Positions 43,734-52,445 of a stretch of DNA of 64,000 nucleotides are shown piece after piece. How positions within the stretch are numbered: the first letter of the stretch is position 1; every line of letters begins with the position of its first letter. Below the pieces are notes generated by a model. The model was not told the DNA's origin. It searched no databases and saw only the letters and a list, made by a program, of their open reading frames with translations. A program made the translations under genes and the position numbers. The stretch is from Patescibacteria group bacterium (lineage in GTDB: Bacteria; Patescibacteriota; Kazan-3B-28): contig JAQUNP010000002.1 of NCBI GenBank assembly GCA_028717565.1, positions 26,054 to 90,053 of the forward strand, written 5' to 3'.

Positions 43734-43937
43734 CCACCTTTTTGCTTGTCCAAAAAGGTGGAGAAAAAGACACCCCGGTCGAGATTGGTCAGAGCCAAAG
43801 GAATTTGGTTCTGTTTGGCAAAGCAGCAAACTCTCCCTCTCCAGTTTGTGCCAAACTGGAGAGGGATCAGACATGCCTTGGCCAAAAACCAAACCAAATT
43901 CAAATTTGGCTTAGCTGACAATCTCTCCAACGGGGGA
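43734..43937. repeat. R1b: 11-bp-stem hairpin plus ~165-nt long imperfect hairpin
   Basis: CCACCTTTTTG cttgtc CAAAAAGGTGG, then a long hairpin with core GCAAACTC-[14-bp apical hairpin CCCTCTCCAGTTTG/CAAACTGGAGAGGG]-TCAGACATGC. Outside the apex it is nearly identical to 49879-50086. Confidence 0.75.
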
Positions 43938-43957
43938 GTATCATCTCTTCTTGTAGG

Positions 43958-44020
43958 ATTTTCAACGGCTCAAAATCCGCCGGCTGGCGGAGAGCCGTTG
44001 AGTTTTGGGCTTCCAGAGCC
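43958..44020 (+). repeat. R2 (long form): nested terminator-like hairpin plus conserved tail
   Basis: CAACGGCTC aaaa TCCGCC ggct GGCGGA GAGCCGTTG agTTTTGGGCTTCCAGAGC. About 60 of 63 nt are identical to 59145-59210 by eye. Confidence 0.7.
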
Positions 44021-44103
44021 ACTAATCTTGACGAAACCGGATAGGTGTGCTAAGTTGATGCTAGTAAATCTTACCGGCGTAGCCGGTGCACCTGGAGGGT
44101 AAG

Positions 44104-44367
44104 ATGCAGGTTCTGATCGATGTCCTCATCCTATATGGAATCCTTGTTCTCGTTGGTGTGGTGGTTACATGGCCGCGGCAGCGTAGGAACAAACACAACA
44201 AGGGGAAGGAGGAGCTGACAGTGGCAGACGTCGTACGCGCCTTTCCAGGCGCTTCGTGTGTCAGCTGCGGCCGCATCTTGGATCCGGACACTGGTTGTCC
44301 GATTCATGGATGGGCTACTACAGCCCCAGAAGCCGGGCTAGAGCCCGGCGACATTCTCGAATTGTAG
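44104..44367 (+). CDS. Small membrane protein with a C-terminal Cys/His cluster (GC-rich orphan)
   Basis: TTGACG-17-TAAGTT promoter (44027-44055) and GGAGGG SD. TM helix VLIDVLILYGILVLVGVVV, then CVSCG...CPIH. It is followed by the 10-bp GC hairpin GGGGGCCGGA/TCCGGCCCCC at 44395-44418. Confidence 0.55.
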   Translation: MQVLIDVLILYGILVLVGVVVTWPRQRRNKHNKGKEELTVADVVRAFPGASCVSCGRILDPDTGCPIHGWATTAPEAGLEPGDILEL

Positions 44368-44441
44368 AGTAAGCCTATCCCATCTGTCCCCGCGGGGGGC
44401 CGGATCCGTCCGGCCCCCTTATTCTTTGCTATAATGCGTTT

Positions 44442-45911
44442 ATGAAAGAATCTTTGAATCAGATTATCGGGTTTCGACTAGATAAGCTAAAAAAGCTGCG
44501 TGAAAAAGGTATCGATCCGTATCCAGCTAAATCATCTAGAAGTGCAGAGATGGCGGAGTTTTTGGATAAATTTGCGTCTTTCAAGAGAAGTAAAAAAACG
44601 GTGAGTTTGACGGGGCGTTTGATGAGCAAGCGTGAATTTGGGGGTTTGGCTTTCGGAGTTTTAAAAGATTTTTCAGGTGAAGTACAAGTAGTATTCAAAA
44701 AAGATTTGTTGAAAAATGCTTATGCCGATCTGGAACTGATTGACGTTGGTGATATTTTGCAGGTGTCGGGGCAAGCATTCGTGACTAAAAAGGGCGAGAA
44801 ATCGTGTTTGGTAAAAAAAATGACCTTGCTGGCCAAGTCCTTGCGCCCCCTACCGGAAAAGTGGCATGGGCTGACAGACCAGGAGACACGTTTCAGACAA
44901 AGGTATTTGGATATCTTGTTTAATGACGAGGTGAAGCGGCGTTTTATTTTGCGTCACCAGTTAGTGCAAGCCATCCGAAAGTTTTTGATTGGCCGAGGAT
45001 TTATCGAGGTGGATACACCAGCTCTCCAGCCCTTGCCGGGTGGAGCTTTGGCGACTCCGTTTAAAACTCACTACGAGGCACTAGATACAGACGTGTATTT
45101 ACGAATTGCACCAGAACTGTATTTGAAACGGCTCATGGTGGGTGGTTTTGAAAAGGTGTTTGAGTTTGCCAGAGTGTTTAGAAATGAGGGGGTTTCCACG
45201 CAACACCTGCAGGATTTCACTATGCTGGAGTTTTACCAAGCATATACTACGCACGAAGATTTGATGAGGATGACAGAGCTGATGCTGGGGCAGGTTATCA
45301 AGCAAGTGCTTGGAACTACTAAGGTAAAATTCGGAACCAAAGATATTAATTTTAAAACTCCCTGGCCGAAAAAGACCTTTAGAGAGTTGATTAAAAAAGA
45401 AACCGGCCTTGATATTGACCAGTATCCAACGGCGCAGGATCTGACGAAAGCGATTGGAGCCAAAAAGATTAAGCTGACCTTTAAGGGCAAAGCGGGACGA
45501 GGCAAACTGATTGACGAGTTATATAAGGAAACTGTGCGGCCAAAATTGGTAGATCCTGTATTTTTGGTTGACCATCCATTGGATCTCTCGCCACTGGCAA
45601 AGAAGAAAACGGACGATCCAACAAAAGTACAACGGTTTCAACTAGTCATAGCTGGAATGGAAGTGGTGAATGCTTTTAGTGAGCTCAACGATCCGATTGA
45701 TCAAAAAGAGCGCTTTATGGAGCAGGCCCGGCAGAAAAAAGCGGGGGATAAGGACGCTCACTCTATGGATGATGACTTTGTCAAAACCTTGGAATACGGT
45801 ATGCCGCCAACGGCTGGTTGGGGGATGGGCATTGAGCGGCTGTTGATGCTTTTGACTAATGCCGATTCGGCCAGAGAAGCTGTGCTGTTCCCATTTGTAA
45901 AAGATAAGTAG
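44442..45911 (+). CDS. lysS: Lysine--tRNA ligase (class II)
   Basis: FIEVDTP, FRNEG.S..H..DFTMLEFYQAY and GMPPTAGWGMGIERL. TGcTATAAT plus 6 nt precedes the ATG. Confidence 0.93.
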   Translation: MKESLNQIIGFRLDKLKKLREKGIDPYPAKSSRSAEMAEFLDKFASFKRSKKTVSLTGRLMSKREFGGLAFGVLKDFSGEVQVVFKKDLLKNAYADLELIDVGDILQVSGQAFVTKKGEKSCLVKKMTLLAKSLRPLPEKWHGLTDQETRFRQRYLDILFNDEVKRRFILRHQLVQAIRKFLIGRGFIEVDTPALQPLPGGALATPFKTHYEALDTDVYLRIAPELYLKRLMVGGFEKVFEFARVFRNEGVSTQHLQDFTMLEFYQAYTTHEDLMRMTELMLGQVIKQVLGTTKVKFGTKDINFKTPWPKKTFRELIKKETGLDIDQYPTAQDLTKAIGAKKIKLTFKGKAGRGKLIDELYKETVRPKLVDPVFLVDHPLDLSPLAKKKTDDPTKVQRFQLVIAGMEVVNAFSELNDPIDQKERFMEQARQKKAGDKDAHSMDDDFVKTLEYGMPPTAGWGMGIERLLMLLTNADSAREAVLFPFVKDK

Positions 45912-45923
45912 TAAGATAGGACA

Positions 45924-47117
45924 ATGATTGATTTAAGTGCGCTGAAAGACAATCTGGATGAATGGCAAAAAGCTCTCGATAAACGTGGGGAAAAATATGA
46001 TCTCAAGAAGGTTCTGGAGCAAGCGACCAAGTTTGGTCAATTGGTAAAGGAGCTGGATGATATCCGTGCTCAACAGAACAAGGCCTCCAAAGAGCACAAT
46101 ATAGTTGAAGGTAAACGTCTCAAGAAGCTAGAGATGGCCAAAGTCAAGGAAATGGAAGCGCCACGTGGCAACCATTTTGTTGGTGATGTGCCCAATATTC
46201 CCCTTTGGGATGTGCCGGAGGGGAGGGATGAGGCGAGTATGCGGATTCTAGAGACGGTCGGCAAAACACCAACTATAAAGGATATCAAGGACCATATTGA
46301 GCTGGGAGTGGGCTTAAACATTTTGGATATTGAACGGGCTACCAAAACCTCTGGCGCAAGGTTTTATTATTTAAAGAACCAGGCCGTTGAACTGGAGTTT
46401 GCTTTAGTTCGATGGGTGATGGACTTGCTTAAGACAAAGGGGTTTGAGTTGATGATACCTCCCCAGATGGTTAACAGGATGACGATGGATGCTGGCGGTT
46501 ATCTACGCAAGAATGAAGACGAAGTGTATCAAACTCAAGATGACCTTTTTTTGATTGGTACGTCGGAGCAAAGCATTTTGGGTTACCACTCAGCGGAAAT
46601 TATTGATGTGCCGAAACGGTATGCGGCTTTTTCAACCTGTTTTAGACGGGAAGCGGGTAGCTATGGCAAGGATGTAAAGGGAATCATCCGAACTCATCAG
46701 TTCGATAAGGTTGAGATGTTTTCGTTTGTGTTGCCCAAAGACTCCGAAGCCGAGCAGGACTTCATGAATAACATCCAAGAGGAGATATTGCAGGGGCTGG
46801 AGATACCTTACCGCAAAGTACTCTTGGCGGCTGGGGATTTGAGTACGCCTTCGGCCAAAACTATCGACATGGAGAGTTGGCTGCCCAGTCAGCAACGGTA
46901 TCGCGAGACACATTCGTGTAGCAATTGTACGGATTGGCAGGCAAGGCGGGCGAACATAAGGTATGAAAAAGGTAAATTTGTTCATACCCTTAACGGAACC
47001 GCAATAGCGATTGGACGTACGCTGGTGGCCTTGCTAGAAAACCATCAACAGGCAGACGGTTCGGTTAAGATACCAAAGGCACTGCATGCATATCTGAGTT
47101 TTAAGGAAATCAGGTAA
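45924..47117 (+). CDS. serS: Serine--tRNA ligase
   Basis: [31 protein letters not shown] and ENHQ..DGS..IP. Confidence 0.92.
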   Translation: MIDLSALKDNLDEWQKALDKRGEKYDLKKVLEQATKFGQLVKELDDIRAQQNKASKEHNIVEGKRLKKLEMAKVKEMEAPRGNHFVGDVPNIPLWDVPEGRDEASMRILETVGKTPTIKDIKDHIELGVGLNILDIERATKTSGARFYYLKNQAVELEFALVRWVMDLLKTKGFELMIPPQMVNRMTMDAGGYLRKNEDEVYQTQDDLFLIGTSEQSILGYHSAEIIDVPKRYAAFSTCFRREAGSYGKDVKGIIRTHQFDKVEMFSFVLPKDSEAEQDFMNNIQEEILQGLEIPYRKVLLAAGDLSTPSAKTIDMESWLPSQQRYRETHSCSNCTDWQARRANIRYEKGKFVHTLNGTAIAIGRTLVALLENHQQADGSVKIPKALHAYLSFKEIR

Positions 47118-49822
47118 TGAAATTTCTGGAGCGGTTGCTGGGGGATCCGAACAAAAAGGCATTAAAGGCACTCGAGCCAATTTTGGCGCGAGTTAATTCG
47201 CACGCCGATGCTTTTAAGGCGCTGGATGATGAACAGCTCAAAAGCAAAACTGAAGAGTTCAAGGTACGTCTAGAAAAGGGTGACGGTTTGGATGATATTT
47301 TGCCAGAGGCATTTGCAGTAGTACGCGAAGCGGCGAGCCGGGTTCTTCATGAACGACCGTATGATGTGCAGGTGATGGGGGGAATTGTGCTGCATCAAGG
47401 CAAGATCGCTGAGATGAAAACTGGTGAAGGAAAAACTTTGGCGGCAACTATGCCGGTGTATCTCAATGCCTTGACTGGTAGGGGGGTGCATGTCATTACG
47501 GTGAACGATTATCTGGCTAGTCGTGACGCAGAGTGGATGGGAAAGATTTATGAGTTTTTGGGTCTCACTGTGGCTGCGGTTACCAATGCCTTGCCGCCAC
47601 ACCAAAGAAAAGACGCCTACGCATGTGACATCGTGTACGGTACCAACAATGAGTTTGGTTTTGATTATCTGCGCGACAATATGGCACCAAGAAAGGAAGA
47701 TCAGGTGCAACGGGAACTGAATTTTGTGATTGTGGACGAGGTGGACTCGATTTTGATTGATGAAGCCAGAACGCCACTAATTATTTCGGCGCCAGCGGAA
47801 GAATCGGCAGAGCACTATAAGCGCTTTGCTAGAGTCGTACCGCAGCTGACTGCGAACGTGGACTATACGGTTGATGAAAAAGATCGGGCGGCTAATTTGA
47901 CAGAAGAAGGTATCGATAAGCTCCAAAAACTTTTGGGGGTAACCGATATTTATGAATCGGGTAATGTAATGTTGGCGCATCATGTGGAACAGGCCTTGCG
48001 CGCCCAGGCGCTCTACAAAAAGGATGTCGATTATGTAATCAAAGATGGCGAGATTGTCATCGTAGATGAATTTACCGGACGCCTGATGGTGGGCAGACGA
48101 TATTCCGAAGGTCTGCATCAAGCGATTGAGGCCAAAGAGGGCGTGGAAATAAAACGGGAAAGCCGGACGTTGGCGACCATTACTTTTCAAAACTACTTTC
48201 GGCTTTACGACAAGCTGTCTGGTATGACTGGTACGGCTAAGACCGAAGAAGAGGAGTTCTTTAAGATTTATGGTCTGGAGGTAGTAGTGATCCCCACTAA
48301 TCAACCAATTGTGCGCGACGATATGAACGACCTCGTATTTGCCAATGAACGAGGCAAGTTCAAGGCGGTGGTTGAGGAGATCAAAAAGCGCAACGCGACT
48401 GGTCAGCCGGTGCTGGTGGGTACGATTGCAATTGAAAAATCTGAAGCTCTGTCAGATTTATTAAAAAAAGAAGGTGTCACTCACAATGTGTTGAATGCCA
48501 AACAACACGAGCGGGAGGCGGAGATAGTCAAAGATGCTGGTCTAAAAGGTGCTGTGACGATTGCCACCAACATGGCTGGTCGTGGTACTGACATTAAGCT
48601 TGGCGAAGGCGTAAGAGAGCTGGGCGGTTTGCATATTTTAGGTACTGAAAGGCATGAATCGCGCCGGATTGATAACCAGCTGCGTGGCCGTGCCGGTCGT
48701 CAGGGTGATGCTGGTAGTAGTCAATTCTTTGTGTCATCCCAAGACGATTTGATGCGGTTGTTTGGTAGCGAGAAGATGCAAAACATGATGCGGGCAATGA
48801 AAATCCCAGAAGATCAGCCGATTGAGCACAAATGGATAACTGGCAGTATTGAATCGGCTCAGAAGCGAGTGGAGGGTCACAATTTCGATATTCGCAAACG
48901 AGTGGTGGAATACGATGACGTGATGAATCGTCACCGCACGGCAATTTATAAACAACGGCAAGGGCTTTTGGAGCAAGCCGAAGTGAAAGAAACCCTGCAG
49001 GGCTACATCAAAAATGAACTTACCGCTCTGGTAGCTACTTATTTGGGCGAGGATAAATCTTTGTGGGACAAAGAGACGCTTACTAAAAGCGTTGAGGGAA
49101 TTTTCCCTTTGCGAGAGGATATCAAGACCTTAATTTCAACTTCTGAAAAGCGGGAAGAGGTGGAGGAAAAATTGTTAGCGGAAGCGCAACGATTGTATGA
49201 GGCCAAGGAAAAGGAGGCAGGCGAAGAGCAGTTCAGACAGGTAGAGCGCGCAGTGCTTTTGCGCGTTATCGATATGCTGTGGATGGAACATCTTGATGCC
49301 ATGGTTCGTTTGCGCGAGGCGATAGGGCTGCATGGCTATGCTCAAAAAGATCCTCTAGTGGAATACAAACAAGAGGCCTACCAGATGTTTCAGCGCCTGC
49401 AGGCGGCGATTGCTAGTGACGCAACGCGGTTGATTTATCGGGTGCAAGTAGTATCACCCCAAGAGCAGGAACGTCGCCGTCAGGAGCAACAGGCCAAACA
49501 AGAGATGGCGCTCAAGGGTGCCGATGAACCGGAGGTGGGCTTCAAAGACGAGGAGAAGGATTTAAAACAAAAGGAAAAGACAAATGTCGTTCCCAAGTCG
49601 GAGGCGGAGCCATCTGCCATTGGGGATCTAGACAAAAAACAGAAGCCTGTTCTAGATTCCGGTTTTCACGGGAATGACGGAGGGAATAGCTCTTCGAGCG
49701 GATCGACAGAAGAATATGAGGAGATGACAGCCGAGAATTTTTCCCACAAAGACAAGGTGGGGAGAAATGATCCCTGCCCATGTGGTAGTGGCAAGAAATA
49801 TAAGAAGTGTTGTGGGAAATAG
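47117..49822 (+). CDS. secA: Protein translocase ATPase SecA
   Basis: [47 protein letters not shown] and the C-terminal zinc motif [14 protein letters not shown]. Confidence 0.95.
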   Translation: MKFLERLLGDPNKKALKALEPILARVNSHADAFKALDDEQLKSKTEEFKVRLEKGDGLDDILPEAFAVVREAASRVLHERPYDVQVMGGIVLHQGKIAEMKTGEGKTLAATMPVYLNALTGRGVHVITVNDYLASRDAEWMGKIYEFLGLTVAAVTNALPPHQRKDAYACDIVYGTNNEFGFDYLRDNMAPRKEDQVQRELNFVIVDEVDSILIDEARTPLIISAPAEESAEHYKRFARVVPQLTANVDYTVDEKDRAANLTEEGIDKLQKLLGVTDIYESGNVMLAHHVEQALRAQALYKKDVDYVIKDGEIVIVDEFTGRLMVGRRYSEGLHQAIEAKEGVEIKRESRTLATITFQNYFRLYDKLSGMTGTAKTEEEEFFKIYGLEVVVIPTNQPIVRDDMNDLVFANERGKFKAVVEEIKKRNATGQPVLVGTIAIEKSEALSDLLKKEGVTHNVLNAKQHEREAEIVKDAGLKGAVTIATNMAGRGTDIKLGEGVRELGGLHILGTERHESRRIDNQLRGRAGRQGDAGSSQFFVSSQDDLMRLFGSEKMQNMMRAMKIPEDQPIEHKWITGSIESAQKRVEGHNFDIRKRVVEYDDVMNRHRTAIYKQRQGLLEQAEVKETLQGYIKNELTALVATYLGEDKSLWDKETLTKSVEGIFPLREDIKTLISTSEKREEVEEKLLAEAQRLYEAKEKEAGEEQFRQVERAVLLRVIDMLWMEHLDAMVRLREAIGLHGYAQKDPLVEYKQEAYQMFQRLQAAIASDATRLIYRVQVVSPQEQERRRQEQQAKQEMALKGADEPEVGFKDEEKDLKQKEKTNVVPKSEAEPSAIGDLDKKQKPVLDSGFHGNDGGNSSSSGSTEEYEEMTAENFSHKDKVGRNDPCPCGSGKKYKKCCGK

Positions 49823-49878
49823 TGTCTGCCACCATTTGTGTCAGTAGATGGGAAGCGCCACATCGCGCTTCACCGATG

Positions 49879-50086
49879 CCACCTTTTTGCTTGTCCAAAA
49901 AGGTGGGGAAAAAGACACCCCGGTCGAGATTAGTCAGAGCCAAAGGATTTTGGTTCTGTTTGGCAAAGTAGCAAACTCTTCCGGTAGCTATTTTTAATAT
50001 ACAAGGAGACCGGAATCAGACATGCCTTTGCCAAAAACTAAACCAAATTCAGCTTTGGCTTAGCTGACAATCTCTCCAACGGGGGA
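49879..50086. repeat. R1c: near-identical copy of R1b with a different apical hairpin
   Basis: I count about 8 substitutions over ~170 aligned flank nt vs R1b. The apex is replaced by TTCCGGT ..23 nt.. ACCGGAA. The core GCAAACTC / TCAGACATGC is retained. Confidence 0.75.
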
Positions 50087-50429
50087 TTAATTCAGCTCCA
50101 ACGCTCGTAAAAATAAGGAGGAAACATTATAAATGTTATAAAGCCACGAAAGTGGTGTTTTGGCAAGTTTTACACCTATGTTTTTTTGAGGTTGGCAGAA
50201 GACAGGGGACAAATTTGCCACTTTGTCGCTCTGGGAGCGCAAAAGTACTTGACAAACTTGTGTATATGCGCTAAATTGTTCCCAGTTTATTGTTCTCTAC
50301 AATTTGTGCTAGTTAAAAGGGCACAAGAGAGTCAAAAAGCATTTTACAATTTATTCAAGAAAACAAAAGCATACCGTTTGGGGGGATGTTGGTTTTTCTT
50401 GTAAATTGGTCGATGGTTGAGCATTCGTG

Positions 50430-50548
50430 CGTGGCACTCTGGTGACGCAGAGGTTAATATCTGGATATTTTTGAATTAATTTTTAAGGGTATCAATTTAA
50501 GGATAGACACCTTCTCTTCACCGGAGTGCCACGTGGGAGCGCTCCCAC
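50430..50548 (+). other. ~104-nt hairpin plus a perfect 16-bp palindrome in the long leader of the PKD gene
   Basis: CGTGGCACTCTGGTGA (50430-45) pairs with TCACCGGAGTGCCACG (50518-33) around an AT-rich apex. GTGGGAGCGCTCCCAC lies at 50533-50548. A putative promoter TTGACA-17-TAAATT is at 50249-50277. Confidence 0.5.
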
Positions 50549-50675
50549 TGACCCAGCGGAGACGAAATATTTCAATCGTCAAAGTTGGTGCTGTCACCAG
50601 GTGTGATTGCAAACGCCTGGGTGGCGGAGGGCGAGAGCCCGATGCCACGCCTTGCTATGCACCAGGAGGTGCAAG

Positions 50676-52301
50676 ATGAAAGGTAATACGCTTAGGGCTC
50701 TCGCCCTGACATTTCTGTTGGTGCTGCTGCAGGTTTCCTGCAGCGGTGGCGGAGCCGTTGAGGTGACGCCGGAAGTTGACATCGAAGTCAACCCAACTCC
50801 CAGCATGACGGCTGGGGAACGGCTGAACGAGATGGGTATTTCCGGTGTTGACGCCCTCTACGAGGAGTACGCCGACGGTGTCTACCTGCGCGTCGAGTGG
50901 CTGGATCCCAATCCAGTAATCGCCGACGGCGGCAAGGTTGACTTTGGCGCCATCCAGGTCTTTGCGAAGCCCTGGATGATCAGTGAGGGGGAGTTCGTGG
51001 AGACTCCAATCACCTCCTACGAGGAAGTGGAGTTCTCGGCAACTTACGGAAACCCCACGGCTCTAGATACGCTGCTGTGGCAGTTGTTCTGGCACGAGAT
51101 CGCTGGACCAACTGACGTCACCGGCACCGTGAAGGTGCTGCCAGAAGAGTTTGTCAAGATTTGGGATCAGCTTAATGGTGATCCCTTGGCAACGTTCGTG
51201 GGTGACTACGCCGATGTGTCGGTTAGTATAACTGACGGGCTCGTCTCAATCGACGATGGCGGTATTGAGCTGTGGCTCGGTGCTATCGGAGCGGGTCTGT
51301 TGGTGGCGGCTACTGGGGGAACGGCCACTCCGGTGTGCTGTCCCGGATGGTGTCCACAGCTTTCAAAGCCGTGGACGGTATCACCGACAAACAGCCTGCC
51401 GACGGTGGCCTTGACGGCTGCGCCGATGAATGGGATGGCCCCCCTGATGGTACATTGTACTGCCGTTGCAACGGATGCAGATGGAACGATTATGGGATAC
51501 GAATGGGACGTTGACGACGGCGAAGGGTTTGCTCCTGGTGTCGCCAACTACAACATTACTTTTCCAGAATCGGGTACATACACTGTGACAGTACGTGTTA
51601 CTGATGACGACGGGGCGACTGCAACGGATGCGGTGGAGATCGTCGTCACGCAGAATGAGCCCCCAGTCAACGAAGCGCCGACGGCAGCTCTGACGGTGAG
51701 TCCGACCACTGGAGTCGAAAGTGTCGAGGTGACCCTCGATGCCTCCGGCAGTACGGACAGCGATGGTACGATCGATCAGTACGAGTGGGATTTCGATGGT
51801 GATGGTACATACGACAAGACCACTACCGCGAGTACTACCAGTCATACCTACGGGGTCGGCACTCATACGGCGAAGGTACGGGTAACCGACGACGATGGAG
51901 CTACCGGCACGGCGGCTGCAAGTGAGGCAGTTGTCGTGAGTGAGTCAACAGGTCCGACATGGGGCGACGATCCCTATGATCGCGATCTGCTGCTCATATC
52001 CGTCACTCCTAACGGAGTTGACGCTGGCGAGGTTATTTCGCTCTCGGCCAGTGGAGACGAGGCCCAGTGGGTACTGGTCGATATCTTCTACGATGGGACT
52101 CATCGCGAAAGCGGTATCGACGGCAAGTACTTCACCTTCTCCTTCTCCAGCACAACGCCTGGTCTGGTGACTGCCAGCGGCTACATTGACGCTGCCGGCA
52201 TGGCCGCGGGTACATACAACGTCGGCTTGGCCGTAACAATCCAGACGGCGCCAACCCCGGATGTGATCGGGATCGATATCCCGGTCACCATCGTCAACTA
52301 G
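50676..52301 (+). CDS. Putative lipoprotein with two PKD-like domains (GC-rich)
   Basis: GGAGG SD. Signal MKGNTLRALALTFLLVLLQVSC (Cys after the hydrophobic core). PKD-like repeats ...YEWDVDDGEGF...GTYTVTVRVTDDDGATAT and ...YEWDFDGDGTYD...GTHTAKVRVTDDDGATGT. 60-nt samples are 36/60 and 38/60 GC. Confidence 0.75.
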   Translation: MKGNTLRALALTFLLVLLQVSCSGGGAVEVTPEVDIEVNPTPSMTAGERLNEMGISGVDALYEEYADGVYLRVEWLDPNPVIADGGKVDFGAIQVFAKPWMISEGEFVETPITSYEEVEFSATYGNPTALDTLLWQLFWHEIAGPTDVTGTVKVLPEEFVKIWDQLNGDPLATFVGDYADVSVSITDGLVSIDDGGIELWLGAIGAGLLVAATGGTATPVCCPGWCPQLSKPWTVSPTNSLPTVALTAAPMNGMAPLMVHCTAVATDADGTIMGYEWDVDDGEGFAPGVANYNITFPESGTYTVTVRVTDDDGATATDAVEIVVTQNEPPVNEAPTAALTVSPTTGVESVEVTLDASGSTDSDGTIDQYEWDFDGDGTYDKTTTASTTSHTYGVGTHTAKVRVTDDDGATGTAAASEAVVVSESTGPTWGDDPYDRDLLLISVTPNGVDAGEVISLSASGDEAQWVLVDIFYDGTHRESGIDGKYFTFSFSSTTPGLVTASGYIDAAGMAAGTYNVGLAVTIQTAPTPDVIGIDIPVTIVN

Positions 52302-52309
52302 CAATTTTT

Positions 52310-52412
52310 GACAGGAGCCCCGAAGCTTAAAACACTTCGGGAGCTCCTGTCCCCAACCTTGGTCACCAATTATCGCTCCCCCCAGGTGATAATCTGATGA
52401 CCAAGGTTGGGG
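52310..52412 (+). terminator. Two consecutive long hairpins after the PKD gene
   Basis: GACAGGAGCCCCGAAG ..9.. CTTCGGGAGCTCCTGTC, then CCCCAACCTTGGTCA ..32.. TGACCAAGGTTGGGG (15 bp perfect). There is no U-run. Confidence 0.45.
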
Positions 52413-52445
52413 ACACACACATATATAACTCAAGGGGTAAAGATT

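Noticed and set aside
43871-43912. A 13-codon ORF inside R1b and R1c (ATG CCT TGG/TTG CCA AAA ACC/ACT AAA CCA AAT TCA ... TAG).
   Set aside because: It has no SD. It lies within the paired 3' arm of the long hairpin and is absent from R1a. Its conservation is explained by the ~95% DNA identity of the two copies.
43772-43937. R1 long hairpins read as 6S RNA (a long helix with a central bubble).
   Set aside because: There are three or more copies in 64 kb, always in 3' UTR-like positions. The conserved loops flank the apex rather than forming a large central bubble. I cannot support this without a covariance-model search.
43958-44020. R2 read as an integron attC site (GTTGAGT/GTTGAAT fits GTTRRRY).
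   Set aside because: The opposite arm has no matching RYYYAAC box and there is no intI. The downstream ORFs carry their own promoters, and the elements are dispersed among core operons rather than arrayed.
43367-44102. ORFs spanning the R1/R2 repeats: 43746-44102(+), 43724-43918(+), 43367-43930(-) and 49542-49943(-). The minus-strand pair share the N-terminus MALTNLDRGVFF.
   Set aside because: The shared peptide simply mirrors the repeated DNA. They have no SD and cross hairpins and a terminator, so the region is better explained as structured non-coding repeats.
50186-50404. A 72-aa ORF in the long spacer upstream of the PKD gene.
   Set aside because: It has a TTG-type start and no RBS, is AT-rich and low-complexity, and overlaps the predicted promoter. 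It was treated as non-coding.
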